Source of the DNA: Antedon mediterranea
Taxonomy: Eukaryota > Animalia > Echinodermata
Direction of reading: 5' to 3'
DNA: 64,000 nucleotides
Assembly: GCF_964355755.1 (NCBI RefSeq)
Contig: NC_092676.1
Span: forward strand, 15,394,871-15,458,870
Shown here: positions 27,901 to 40,000 of the stretch, one piece after another
Layout: each line of letters opens with the position of its first letter
Numbering within the stretch: the stretch's first letter is position 1
Program-made: the position numbers and the translations under genes
The notes under the pieces: model-generated
The model's database searches: none
Told to the model about the DNA's origin: nothing
What the model saw: only the letters and a program-made list of their open reading frames with translations

Positions 27901-30900
27901 ATTAAGATATTTATCGGGTAGACAATCACTATAATTAAGTTTAGAATAGAGTACTCCCTGATGCAAAGCTAACTAATAGACCTACAGTAGTTAAATTATG
28001 AATTCATACATTTAAAATAATCAATATACCTGTAAATGAAAAAACAAGTATTTATCATTGTCCAAAAGGTCAGGGTGAAGAGTATTGACCATTGCAATAG
28101 CAACCTCTATCCTTCCATCTTGTATAGCTTCCCTAATGTGTATACGATCATCTAAACTGTTTAGTTCGGACTCTATTTGGGTTCCTGATTCCATGCAAAA
28201 CTTTTCAGCAGCTTCTTTAAATCCTTCTGTGGAAACAAATTGGTACTTGGTTTGAAATGTTGTCTATTGTATTCATGGGGAAAAACATGAATACAATCAA
28301 GAATTGGGAAATACATTAAACAGTTACCACTATATTCACTTCTAGTCGGAGTAAATTTGTCTAATAAATTACAACTATAATGTGGATAAAGTATTTAATA
28401 GAATATTCAGCAATGTTTAAAATCCTATGCCCCCAATCTCAAACAGTCACAAAGTGCTGTGCCTTTTTGAAATTTTAATGTAAAATACAATTTAGTAACA
28501 AGCAATTATTTGTAAAAAGACTATGATATGGGCATGTTAAGACCAAAATTAACATGGAACACAAAAATTAAATCAAAAGTTATTACTGTATATTTTTATT
28601 TCAATTTTTCATGCATTACACGGTACAGTACCTGTTACTAAATAATTCATTATTAATTTGTTCATGTCTGTGCGACTAATATGTACACCCTTTAGTTTTG
28701 CCATCCATTCTTCTTTTGAAATCTCTACTGATTTGTCGCTGGATGATGTTCTTGAGCAAGCCTGCAAAATACATAACAAATATCAATCAAAAGCAACGTA
28801 TGGTCTTTTTATTTATATGTATGTGTAACATGGGCCATGTGCGGCAGTCATTGATCTCTATGTAATCAGTGGCGCATAGTTGGCGTCATACCAACCTGAG
28901 AGATTTGAAATGCGAGACACAAAGTATTTTAGCCATCAGCAGAGAGTAAAAATTAAACTGATCCACCAACTAATGGCAAGAAAATTCAGCGCAGCTTGGG
29001 GTTTCTCCTTTTATAAATGCACACATCATGTCACTGTGTCGGGTGTCAGTCCAACGTAGGATTTTAAATTTAGCGATCGTGACTAACACCTTTTTTAACA
29101 GAGCTTCTTAACGTCACAATTATAATACTAGATTTAAAAAAAATAATTATGTACCAAGTATTAAACGTCGTTCTATTCTTTATTATTGTCCAAATGGAAT
29201 AAACTCTCCGATAACTTGAAAAACAAATTCTCTTTAAATATCTTTAAATATTGCGTAAAGAAATCTCTGGTCTCTGAATACAGCACTTAAGTTTCTGTAA
29301 TCATTTTATTTATTTACTTACATTGTGTGATGTTGTAATTTATACCTGGTATTTTTACTTATAATTTATTTCATTTATTTAAGAATTATGATTTAGATTG
29401 ACTTTAAACTATTCTTTAAAGCCTGTTTTCCTGTCGACGTTGAAATAGGTTGAGTTGCGTTGAGTTTAAAATCGTTAAAGTTGAAAATAAAATAACGATG
29501 ACGATGATCGAGTCGGACCGCTAATATTTACACATTTTTACGCGATCGTTCATAGTTTCTTGGTTCTCTCGAGCGTTGCTGGGACACGCGGACGTGAAGT
29601 GTTGCAAAACTAAGGCCGGCCACGCGCAGCCGGGACCGCGTGAAAATTGAAAAAGTTACGGGTTTTGATGCTTAAACCCAGCCTAAGACATACTTTCGTT
29701 GATATCTTAATCTAGGCTTACACTAAAGACAAACATTAAATTTAATTGGTTTAATATTATAATTTAATTTAACTTACACTTGTTTTTTTTAAATATCATA
29801 CCTTAAAAGTGTACAAAAAAGGTGAAAAGCATCGTCGCGTTGTAAACATTCAAGAATTGTCAGCGCGTACCCATTTTTTCACAAACTGCAATGACGTAAT
29901 TTGTGGACCATTTGATTGGTCAGTTTTAACGATCGTAACGATCGTAATCATTAAAGTTGAACTCGGTTCAACTTTAACGATTTAAGATTTTAACGATTTT
30001 CAACGTTAATTTTTACCCCCTTTTCCTGTTAAATCGTTGAATATGTCAACTCAACGCAACTTAACGTCGACAGGAAAACAGGCTTAAGTCGTGCTTTGTA
30101 ACTTTTTTTAAACTCAGTTAAAGGTGGCCCCACGACTTAAAATTACTGTCTTAACTTAAATACAGTAGTCACCATACAATTAAATTAATTGAAAAAATAA
30201 AAATTCAAAAAATGAATTATAATTTTCCTCTAATATTATGTTTTTTTAAATATGTGTGGTTATATTATGAATACTTACATAATGTTCTATGCTTTTAAAA
30301 AATAAAAAATTAATTTGAATGCATTTTCCTCTCAAATTGTGATAAAAAATGATCACATATACTTCTGCTAAATGCATGATTGATAAAAAAGTTTGAAATA
30401 CTGGACCGTCCCGCACGATGCGAGACAGTTGGTAATTATGGTGGCGGCAGTTCATCGAATAATATACAGTATTGTTGAATTTTTGAGGGGGAAATTATTA
30501 TGACTTGATGCGGGGAATTTTGTGAGTGTTGATGAGAACAATATGAATAATGATATTAACTTGGGCCTTGAAAGTTGGCTACTAACAATAGCGCCCAATA
30601 TGCCAACACAACAGTCAGTGTGCGAGAAACATGTAGCCTCCTACTCTAGACTGTAAAATCCTCATAGTTGTACTTGTTTTGTAGTAGGCCTATTTGTTTT
30701 GTAGTATTTGTTATTTTCTATTACTAAGTTATAGGCCTAATTCTAAGGTTTGGATTCAAAATATGGGAAAGGAAACGGTGGGACGAAACGACCTGCAACT
30801 CTGCTACCACCCCACACTAACAAAGCTTAATACTAGGCTAGGCCTAGCTAGCCACCCACACAGACAGGGGTGTAGTAGGTAGGCTAGCTATACTTTACTT

Positions 30901-30978
30901 TACGCTACTTTGTAATGTCCTTCAATAGTCCTAAGCTAAATTACTTTATATAAAATAGCATATCACATAACATACCAT
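21907..30978 (-). CDS. GID8: GID complex subunit 8 (TWA1), LisH-CTLH-CRA protein. Exons: 30976-30978 (ATG only, inferred), 28632-28761, 28030-28226, 22959-23156, 21907-22080
   Basis: Spliced translation [129 protein letters not shown] matches GID8. All junctions are GT-AG. The first exon (ATG|gtatg) is the least certain. Confidence 0.94.
22200..22897. repeat. 36-bp minisatellite, about 19 copies, in the last GID8 intron
   Basis: Unit AGACATATTGAACACACA(G/A)ACCATATATTGAACATT. It accounts for the three repetitive ORFs at 22140-22929. Confidence 0.95.
23405..27023 (+). mobile_element. Decayed 3.6-kb TIR DNA transposon (superfamily unresolved) in a GID8 intron
   Basis: Ends TAGTGTAGGC / GCCTACACTA with ~180-bp imperfect TIRs (TTTTTTGTTAAAAGCAAA, AATGAAAAAAAATATGTTGCCATTTTTT, CAAGATGGCCGCCAA) and multiple subterminal AAATGGCCGCC motifs. 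The interior looks like heavily decayed coding sequence. Confidence 0.75.
29420..30084. mobile_element. PIF/Harbinger MITE
   Basis: TIRs AGCCTGTTTTCCTGTCGACGTT / AACGTCGACAGGAAAACAGGCT, TAA TSD. Confidence 0.85.
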
Positions 30979-31190
30979 CATCAAATCACTATACATCTAC
31001 CATAAAATGTGTGTTATTCGGTGTTAGCCTAAGCTAGCTAGGCCTAGGCATAACTACAATGAGACGAGACGTGACACAGGCAGAAAAATAAGAAAATAAC
31101 CAGCAAAATTGGAATCAAATAGAGGGCGGTGTTAGAAAAAAAAAAAAAAACAATAAACGGCACGTGTGACATGAGAGTTAACTGTGTAAG
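30979..31190. promoter_or_regulatory. Probable bidirectional promoter between GID8 (-) and LIPT1 (+)
   Basis: GID8 first exon ends at 30976 on the minus strand. A strong plus-strand donor GTAAGT at 31186 fits a non-coding LIPT1 exon 1. The interval has GAGGGCGGT (about 31122) and CACGTG (31161). TSSs are inferred. Confidence 0.5.
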
Positions 31191-31975
31191 TAGGCAAGAA
31201 TGGGTAACAACATCAGGGAGTTGTTATTAATAATCTAATAACAACTCCCTGGTAACATGAAGGAAAACATTCCTCCATGTTGAAATCAAAGAATTCTGTG
31301 TAATATAAATCTTGTGTATTTGTGATGGCCATTGTGAATGAATTTTCCTCCCGCGAGCACCCCAGCATAATAATAGCTTCGGATGTGGTCAACTGATCTG
31401 AAACCTATCAAAATATGCACACATCTGATCTGCTGCAGAAGTATTCACCCCTTCCGATCCACTACTTCAAGGCAGCAGAGGTTCACAGATTGCAAGCACT
31501 GACTCTAGTAATGGCCAAGATTGGTTTTGGCAAAGAAAGAAGATGACTTTAGGAAAAACATGAATGTAAATTACAGATAATTAATGAACAACGGCATGAA
31601 CCTGCTTGTGACGGACCAGAGACCCAGTGCCATGAGGAGGATGATGTTGAGAGGGTATAGAAAGAAAGAAGCCAGGTTATTATCCACATCCAAGCAGCTC
31701 TTACATTGGCATTGCGTCGTCGCACTCAGCAATCGCACTGAGCTATGACCTGGTGGAGGAATGTGACCGTCGGGCCAAAGAGGAGTAACCGTAGCTGGAT
31801 TTTTCTGCAGATTGCCGATGAAAAAGGTGTGAGAAGGGCACAGTTGATGACCACCAAAATGCTAGGCACCGACTGTTCACTGTTCACCAGCCGATCAGAA
31901 GACAATATCTGATGAGAGCTACAGAAATCTGACATTACAAACAAACATACAGTACCCTTGTAGTGTATACATTAA

Positions 31976-32608
31976 AGCCCCCTTCCCTACGTTTTTTAGA
32001 TCTAATTTAAGATCACAAACTATATTTAATGTAAAAATAATACTATATGGTCCTATTGCGATAATTTTGTTCGTCTTTAAACGGTTAAAAATGTGAAAAA
32101 TAAGTCGATTCTAATAATTATAGCGGCCCGCTATAAATCCCAAATGCATTGCGCGCGGATTGATATTTTTGTTTTTCACCTGTAATTCGCCCACTTTTCG
32201 ATCGATCGTGAGGCCAAAACAAATGGAAGACTCCTAACTTTTCAGTGAAAATACCGGGTTTTCCCCAATTTGTATCAACGGAGTCTGGCAAAAATAGAAA
32301 GACAATTAATGCAGCAACTATACAACGTCAGGCTAGGTATATAGCTAGCGTAAGATGTTCGTACGTTACCGATGTTTACCAGCTAGGCCTACAAAACTAA
32401 GCCTAGCTAGGCTAGGCCTAAGACCGTCCACGAGAGGTCGATCGCCGCGAGCTACTTAGGTAGTGCATTGTTTCTCACTTTTTATCATAATTTACCATAA
32501 AACGTACATTTAAGGCAAGGAATGACATGTTTTAATGTTTTTAAAGTGATATATATGTATTATTTTCCAAAAAACGTCCAAAAAAAAAAAATTGCAGGGA
32601 AGGGGTCT
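31976..32608. mobile_element. Kolobok-like non-autonomous DNA transposon
   Basis: TTAA|AGCCCCCTTCCCTAC ... GCAGGGAAGGGGTCT|TTAA: TTAA TSD with RR..YY termini. Confidence 0.7.
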
Positions 32609-32709
32609 TTAAATCTCAGTTTTATCTGAAAGCTGATGACATCGCAAGAATGTCATTTATTAGTCGCAGCATGACACTACAACAGACTACTGCAGTACAT
32701 ATTGCCTAG

Positions 32710-33000
32710 GACCAAAGCATCTCCACTGGCTTCCCATATAAGTAAACAAAGCATTAATTTCAAGATTCTGCTGACTACTTAATACAACAGTTTGAACTCA
32801 ACTTCATCATCCTACATTAATGAGCTTATCACACCATATGATATTGTCCTCCAATGTCTTTAAGATCATCAATGCAAAATAAACTGAATGTTTCAAAACA
32901 CCACTGTTTTTTATGGCCACAGATCATTAATCTTTTCTTCTGCTCATCTTTGGAATGATGTGCCACAAGCTATTAAAGAGGCAACATCAATCGATATTAA
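32710..33000 (+). mobile_element. L2/CR1-group LINE 3' fragment
   Basis: Frameshifted LHWLP..INFKILL..YINELITPY..LRSS..YGHRSLIFSSAHLWNDVPQAIKEATS, typical of the L2 ORF2 C-terminus. Confidence 0.7.
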
Positions 33001-34009
33001 TCAACATATTTTTACTTCTTATTTAATGTTCTGGTCTAATTGGTTCCATTCAGGATTTTTTTTTTGGATAGAGCTAGTGACGATAACAAACTTTGTTGGT
33101 TGCTATATGTTTATATTTTCCAGTACTTTGGTATTCCAGCGAGCTAACATGGGAGTTTCAAAGTGTTGGCGAATAGAGCGGTCTACATGTTTCCTCTGCT
33201 TCTTCATTGTTTTGGTTATCTTAGGATATTTAATGGATCATTTTTAGTTTAGAATCATTGTATTAGGCGCTATACTGTAAAGACTACAATTACTGTATTA
33301 TTGTTATTATATATTTGTTATTTATCATTTATTATTATTACTGTACAATGTGTTGCTGGATAAATGTACACAGTGTAGTTAAAAATAACAATGATATTAA
33401 ATTCTTAAATTAAATGATCACAGTGATAACACCTGGAATAAACCAAACTTGATTGATATATACAGAGAGTACTGAATTAGACTCTTTTTTACCTGTCATC
33501 AACCCATGGACATTCTAAAAACTAGAATATTTATTCATCATATTTAAAACCTTTTTAATTTAACATTAATAAACAAGTTAAATCTATAATAGTGTTTTTA
33601 ATACCTTTTTTTTTTTATGGTATTTTGTGTACATATGGCTCTTCTTTGGTGTTCCATATTGTAGGTGTTTAAGACTTTAAATATTAGAGGTATTTTATGA
33701 TTCAAGTCTTGTTATTTTGATATTGTTTAAATATACTGTATTAGATATTCTCTGAATGATTTCAGAAAATAAAACAAAATGGAACACATGAGAACTTCAA
33801 TCTATTTTATCGTTTTAAAATAGATTGGAATGTCACATTTTTATGTTTTTTCTTCTCTTATTATTATTATTATTTTTTATACCCTTTTTTTTATCTGAAA
33901 TTATTCTGTAGATATTATATTTAATTATTCTGCAGGGTAGCAAGCTGCATTGGTGTAAAGTTATAATGCATTACTGTGAGTCATGATACTGTATGAGGCC
34001 GGCTGCACA

Positions 34010-37000
34010 ATGATGAAGCAAGTCTGTTCTGTCTTACGGTTTTGTGCTGTAAGCAACACAAGAAATTTACATCAGCAGTCTAAGATACCTCAGGTATATC
34101 CTTTTATCTATTAATTTATTATTCAACGAAGTGGTGCCAAAACAGATTCAACAAATCAATAAATATTGTACTGTACATTGAGTACCACTAACATTCATAT
34201 TTTGTAAGTACATTTGTAGTGTAGGCCTTACTCATATTCACTAGTGGAGCTGCTTTTTTTTTGCTTCATTGAGACATTTTTTTGCCATATTTTTGGGTTA
34301 AATTAAATTTATGACAATTCTCTGATCTTGGTATGAATAAAATGTATTGTATTTCACCATACACACAAGTTTACTTAAAAACAACATCTAAACAATTTGA
34401 CATTACTTAACAATACTTCTCAGACTTACCCGTTATTATGTTTCAGGGTCTTGTTTATGTGTCAACTTCTAATGATGTATTTGCAAATCTAGCATTTGAA
34501 GACTGGTGAGGGGTGACATATTGCCTTATGTACTGTGAGATTTAGTATGGAGTATAATATTACTGTATTAAAAAACATTTCAAAGGACTGACTTAATTGT
34601 GACTGTCGCAAAACTGTTACTGTTTGAAATGTACATGTAGATTTGATGAAGGTCACTTGAGTTCAGGTTTATATTTAAAGTTGAACTGAATTTGTGTTTC
34701 TGTAAACAGAATGGAATAATATAGAGTTTTTATTAGCCGTAACTTATATGATGTCATAGTTGATGTAGTTCTCAAAAACAATATTAATTTAGTGTAATTT
34801 ATAAATGTTTTTTATATTCAGTAGCAGAATTCTGACATAAAATTGAGTGCATGACAAGATGGTAATTGTACTTTTTTTAAACATTTTTCTAGGGTACATG
34901 ATAATATGTGTCTAACACACACAAATGTTCTATTTCTATGGAGAAATAATCCTGCTGTTGTGATTGGTCGACATCAGAATCCATGGAGTGAGTGCAATAT
35001 TAACAAGTTAATTTTAAGTAATATACAACTAGCAAGAAGACGAAGCGGAGGAGGTACAGTTTATCATGTAAGTCAGCATGGTTATTTAAAGCCCATTCCT
35101 TACAATTGTTGACATTTTGACAGTATTACATTAAACCAGGTCGTTCCTTAAATTAACGTTTTATGAGAAACAATGCACTACTTAAGTAGCTCGCGTTGAA
35201 TGTGCTCTCGTGGACTTTATGTTTTGCCAGATCCGTTGATACAAATGGGGAAAACCCAGTATTTTTGCTGAAAAGTTACGATTCTTTTATTTGTTTTTAA
35301 ATTAAATTAGATCTAAAAAACGTAGAATGTGGCTTTAATGTAATATTGGCCCTATATTCAATACATTTTAATAGTATATAGATTGCTGTCTCACAGACTA
35401 ACATCAATTCACTTAAATTGGACAGATGTGAAGTCAATCCGATTAAGCCAAAAATGAAAGCTGTTGAGATTAGATTTAATGTGTGTCATCGGAACAAGAT
35501 GTGAAATGATATATAAGTTTGTGCAGGAAACTGGTGGAAATTGTGTAGGATATGTATTAAATTTTAAACGAATGGAATTATTGAAACAAGTGATAATAAC
35601 CCTTTTAAACAGACCAAATGTAAAAGATTGATTGATTTCTTTGTTGAATGCTCAATAAATTGGTTTATTAATACAGTACAGTAGGTAGTTCATTAAATGA
35701 TTTACGGTTTATACATGACACATAGCAAAGAAAAACCTTAAATGCATCACATTTAAATAATATTATTTACTTTCATTCATTCTGTTTTTGTTGTTGTTTT
35801 TTTAGGATCTTGGAAACTTAAACTGTACTTTCTTTACTGATAGAAGTCAATACAATCGGCGACACAACTTAGAAATGATGGTAGCAGCTTTGAAAGGCTC
35901 GTGGCCTAATATTCATGTTTCAATTTCAAACCGAGATGACATTCTTCTTGAGAACTTCTATAAAATATCCTTTGCAATTGTTTACATAAATAAATTTATT
36001 TAGGTAGCTCCATTTTAATTCAGAATTCTAAGTATTTATTGAGTATTTTACATAAATTTGCTTTGCATCCAACTGCTGGTGTACTATACCAAACCATTTA
36101 ATTATATTAGACATTTTAAATGGTTGTTTGTTCTGTTGACAAGCACACTATTTTTGAAAATTTGACAACATTATTTCTGCCCTGCCATTTTGTATTTTGC
36201 AGTGGTGTTTCATTTTTAATTTGCCATGGTGTTTCATTTTCAAATTTCTGTGGCTTTTTTCAAATTGCAGTGGGTTTTTTTGTAAGTTGCTGTGACTTTG
36301 TTTGGAAATTGCCATGGCTTTAAAAAAAATGCCGTGACATTTACAGGCCACTGTAAGAGCTAGCTTACAAGCAACAAAATTTAAAAACAACTGTTTATGA
36401 CAAACGTTATGTATTTTTGCAATGGTATAAATATAGCATATATTGTATATTAATATGTATTTAATTTTGTGCTTGTGTACTGTATACTGTATTGTAAATG
36501 TCTTAAATAATTACCTTAATTTTGCAAACATATCAGGTACATCTGCTAAACTTGGCCAATCAGTAGCTTATCATCACTTTACACTGATGTTGTCAGTAAA
36601 ACTTGCAAGACTCAAGGATGCCTTACATGTAGACATGGTGGGTATTTCAGCTCTGTTACCTTTTATTGTATTGTTGTATTGTGGTGTACATATCCTATGT
36701 ACGGTGAAATAAAAATGTGCTAGAGGATCGCAAGAAGTGGTTGTTTAAATTTATGGTGAAATTTTTATTTTATTAACCTTACAAGACACATACATAAACA
36801 AATATTGAGAAGCTTGAAACAAACCTCCATTGTACATAGAATATGATTTAAAGCACAACTTAAATGTGCTGAAAATAAATGTAAATGTGCACATATTTAT
36901 TTTGCTTTTTGCAATTATGTTTGTAAGATATGTGTTTATATGTATTTTTTAATGAAACTTATTTCCTCTCTTATTTGCAAAAATGTTATACCAAAATTTG

Positions 37001-40000
37001 AAAAATAGAAGTTTAAAGACTTTTTGTTGCATGTGATGTTTAAATATTTTGCTTCTATTTTAACTTCTATCAAACTAGTATGATGTGCCCAAATATGGTA
37101 GTGATATTCCCAAATATGGTAGTGATATTCCCAAATATGGCAGTGATATGACATCATGTCCATATGGGCACATCACATTTTGTCACATAAAGTTTGATTG
37201 TGTAGACAGAGTTTTAATCAACGGTTTTAAATCACAGACAGGATTAGACAGCAAGGCTACAGAAAGTATTCGTTCAACTGTTCGCAATCTCTGTGATGTT
37301 GATACCAGTATTAACCACAGGGAAGTCATCTCAGCATTGGCTAAGGAGTATTATTCTGTTCACAAACCACAAGAACAATCAAAGGTGAAACAATTCAAAT
37401 TAATTAGTAGAACTGTAGAGCTAGACATTGTTTTATTAAACAGATTGAAAAGGTAATATATGTTATATTACATGACCAACATTTTCTGTACTGTAGGCCA
37501 AGCATAGCATTATAAATTGCGCAAACCTAAAAATACCTGCGCAAACCTCCTCCAAATCACTTATTATTGGTTCTATCATGACTAGGACTACCATAGCAGG
37601 TAATTTATGAAAAAAAAAAATGAAATTGCTGTAAGTTGGCTTTTTTTGGGCGAAAATTGGAAATTATACGAGGGTCTTACCTGATGTATAATTGAGATTA
37701 TATTAGCTTTCCCGGAGGCTTCGATTCACTGGCGACTTCAAAGCCTAAGGTCACGTCACTAGCTAACCGCAGGACTGAATCAGCGACCACTGCACTGGCA
37801 ACAGGACGATGATAAAACCTAGAAAAGGTGGACTCCTGAGCCCATCCGGCAGCCTGCAAAATGTCCCTTAGAGGGACTCCAACAGAGGCCGAGGCCGCAG
37901 CCCCACGGGTCAAATGACCCCGGAACACGTCTGTATCCACACCGGCCTCCGACAGCATGGCCTGCACCCAACGGGTAATTGTTGACGAACACCTTCTTGT
38001 GTGGCACCCTGTGGTAAACAGATAAACAGTTGGCCCTCACCCTGCCGCAAAGGCCTGGTTAACCTGATATAGTGCCTGACCCCTTCCACGGGGCAAAGAG
38101 AGGACACCGAGAACTTTGGGACTTCTACTCAATGAACTCCCCGACCAACTCTAGCCTGCTTAGGCAAGATGGCCAGCAAAAAACGACGGCGAAACAGTCA
38201 AATGGTCGACATTCATCGCATTTAACGATGAGACCCTACCCAGCGTGACTAACGCGAGCAAAAGGGACAGTTTCCATGAAAGTTGACGAAGTTGCAGGCC
38301 GTCCCAAGCCATCGTGCGGAGATAATCTAGCACAGGAGAAACCTCCCATGTAGCCACATACCGTGGCTTCAGAGGATTACGATTGCAGAAAGCCTTCCTA
38401 AGTGTAGCAAAGACTACACTCCCCTAATGGTTTCCCATCAACAAATTCATGAAACTTGGAAATAGCCGCCATGTACACTCCTAGGGTACAGAAAGCCAGG
38501 CCTCCTTCCTCCTTCTCGACCAAAAACTCCTCTACTTTGGTCAAAATTGCCGAAACTGGATCCAAGTGCCGCTGCAGCCACAACAAGCTTGGTATTGCCC
38601 CATGGTAGACTGCCAACAACTTTGGACACTTTGTTCGAAAAACCCTCTGCCATGAAACGTCTCCTGAGACTAGCCAAGCCGCTAGGATGAGCCTGTCCCA
38701 CAACAGATGACGGTGTCCCGAGTGAGGCTGGACCACAAGGTCGCAATGGACGGGCAACAGGATCGGCTCCTCCACAGAAAGGCCCAAGAGAAGGGGGAAC
38801 CAGGCCTGAGCTCTCAAAACCGGACCTATAACCAAGACAGTCGCTAGGTCGGTCTCCCTAAGAGACAGAAGGGCGGAAATGCATAACCGCTCTCTCTGGT
38901 CCACAGAACCGAGAGAGCATCGAACGCTACTGCCCGGGTTGAGGACCCCATGACACGAACCTCGGAAATTGATGGTTGAGACGAGATGCAAACAAATCTA
39001 TTGACGGCTGGAAGGGCATTGCTACCAGAACGTTCAGAATCCAATCGGTTCGGTCGTTGAAGAAACAAGAATGCATATCTGCCAGGATATTCTCCCTTCC
39101 GGTAACATGGGATGCCGACAGGATAATACCCCTGTCCAGAGCCTACCGCCACATTTCGACCGCCAAGTCCGACAAATGGCGAACCTTTGTCCTCCCTCTG
39201 TGACGAAGATAGGCCATTGCGGTGGTGTTGTCCAGACGCAGAGCCACATGGAGGTTCCGCAGACCGACCGCGAAGGTCTCGAGCCCCAGAAAAGCTTCCC
39301 TCAACTCTAAATGGTTGATGTTCCACTGCCGCTCCAACTCGACCTCCCGTCCCCTGACCGAGACAATGTGCTCCCCAGTCCAACTGGTAGATGTCCGACG
39401 TGATCGTTACAGCCAGGCTTTGCAACGGATATCCCTGCCATTGTACTGGTGAAGGCAAGTTCACCGCAGTTCCTCCACTGCTGATTCCGGTAGGACGGCT
39501 GACCCCTTGTAAGTAAAAGATCGGAGCCAGCAGGACATCCTTGGTGGATGCCCTCATCTTCCCCAACACCCTGGCCAGAGCCCTGGCTTTGAGGAACGGG
39601 GCACTGCTGACCCCGCCGCACAGATCCGACAAGGCTAGAAGCTTGCGGATATCCCTGCCATTGTACTGGTGAAGGCAAGTGTTCCACCACCGCAGTTCCT
39701 CCACTGCCGATTCCGGTAGGACGGCTGACCCCTCGTAAGTAAAAGATCGGAGCCGGCAGGACATCCTCGGTGGATGCCCTCATCTTCCCCAACACCCTGG
39801 CCAGAGCCCTGGCTTTGAGGAACCGGGCACTGCTGACCCCGCCGCACAGATCCGACAAGGCTAGAAGCTTGTCCGGAGGCAAACTGAGGGACATCGAGAC
39901 CGAGTCCACCATGTGACCCAAATACCGGATCCTTGTGACAGGGACTAACACCTACTTCTTCCAATTCAGCAGGAGGCCCAAGTGATCCAGGAATTCTATG

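Noticed and set aside
31300-31950. GC-richer stretch that could be an exon or transposase remnant
   Set aside because: No sustained frame or recognisable motif; probably decayed TE but not assignable.
37085-37237. N-terminal [14 protein letters not shown] repeat of the 123-aa ORF
   Set aside because: Intronic MITE read in frame with LIPT1 exon 6, which starts at the AG acceptor 37236-37237.
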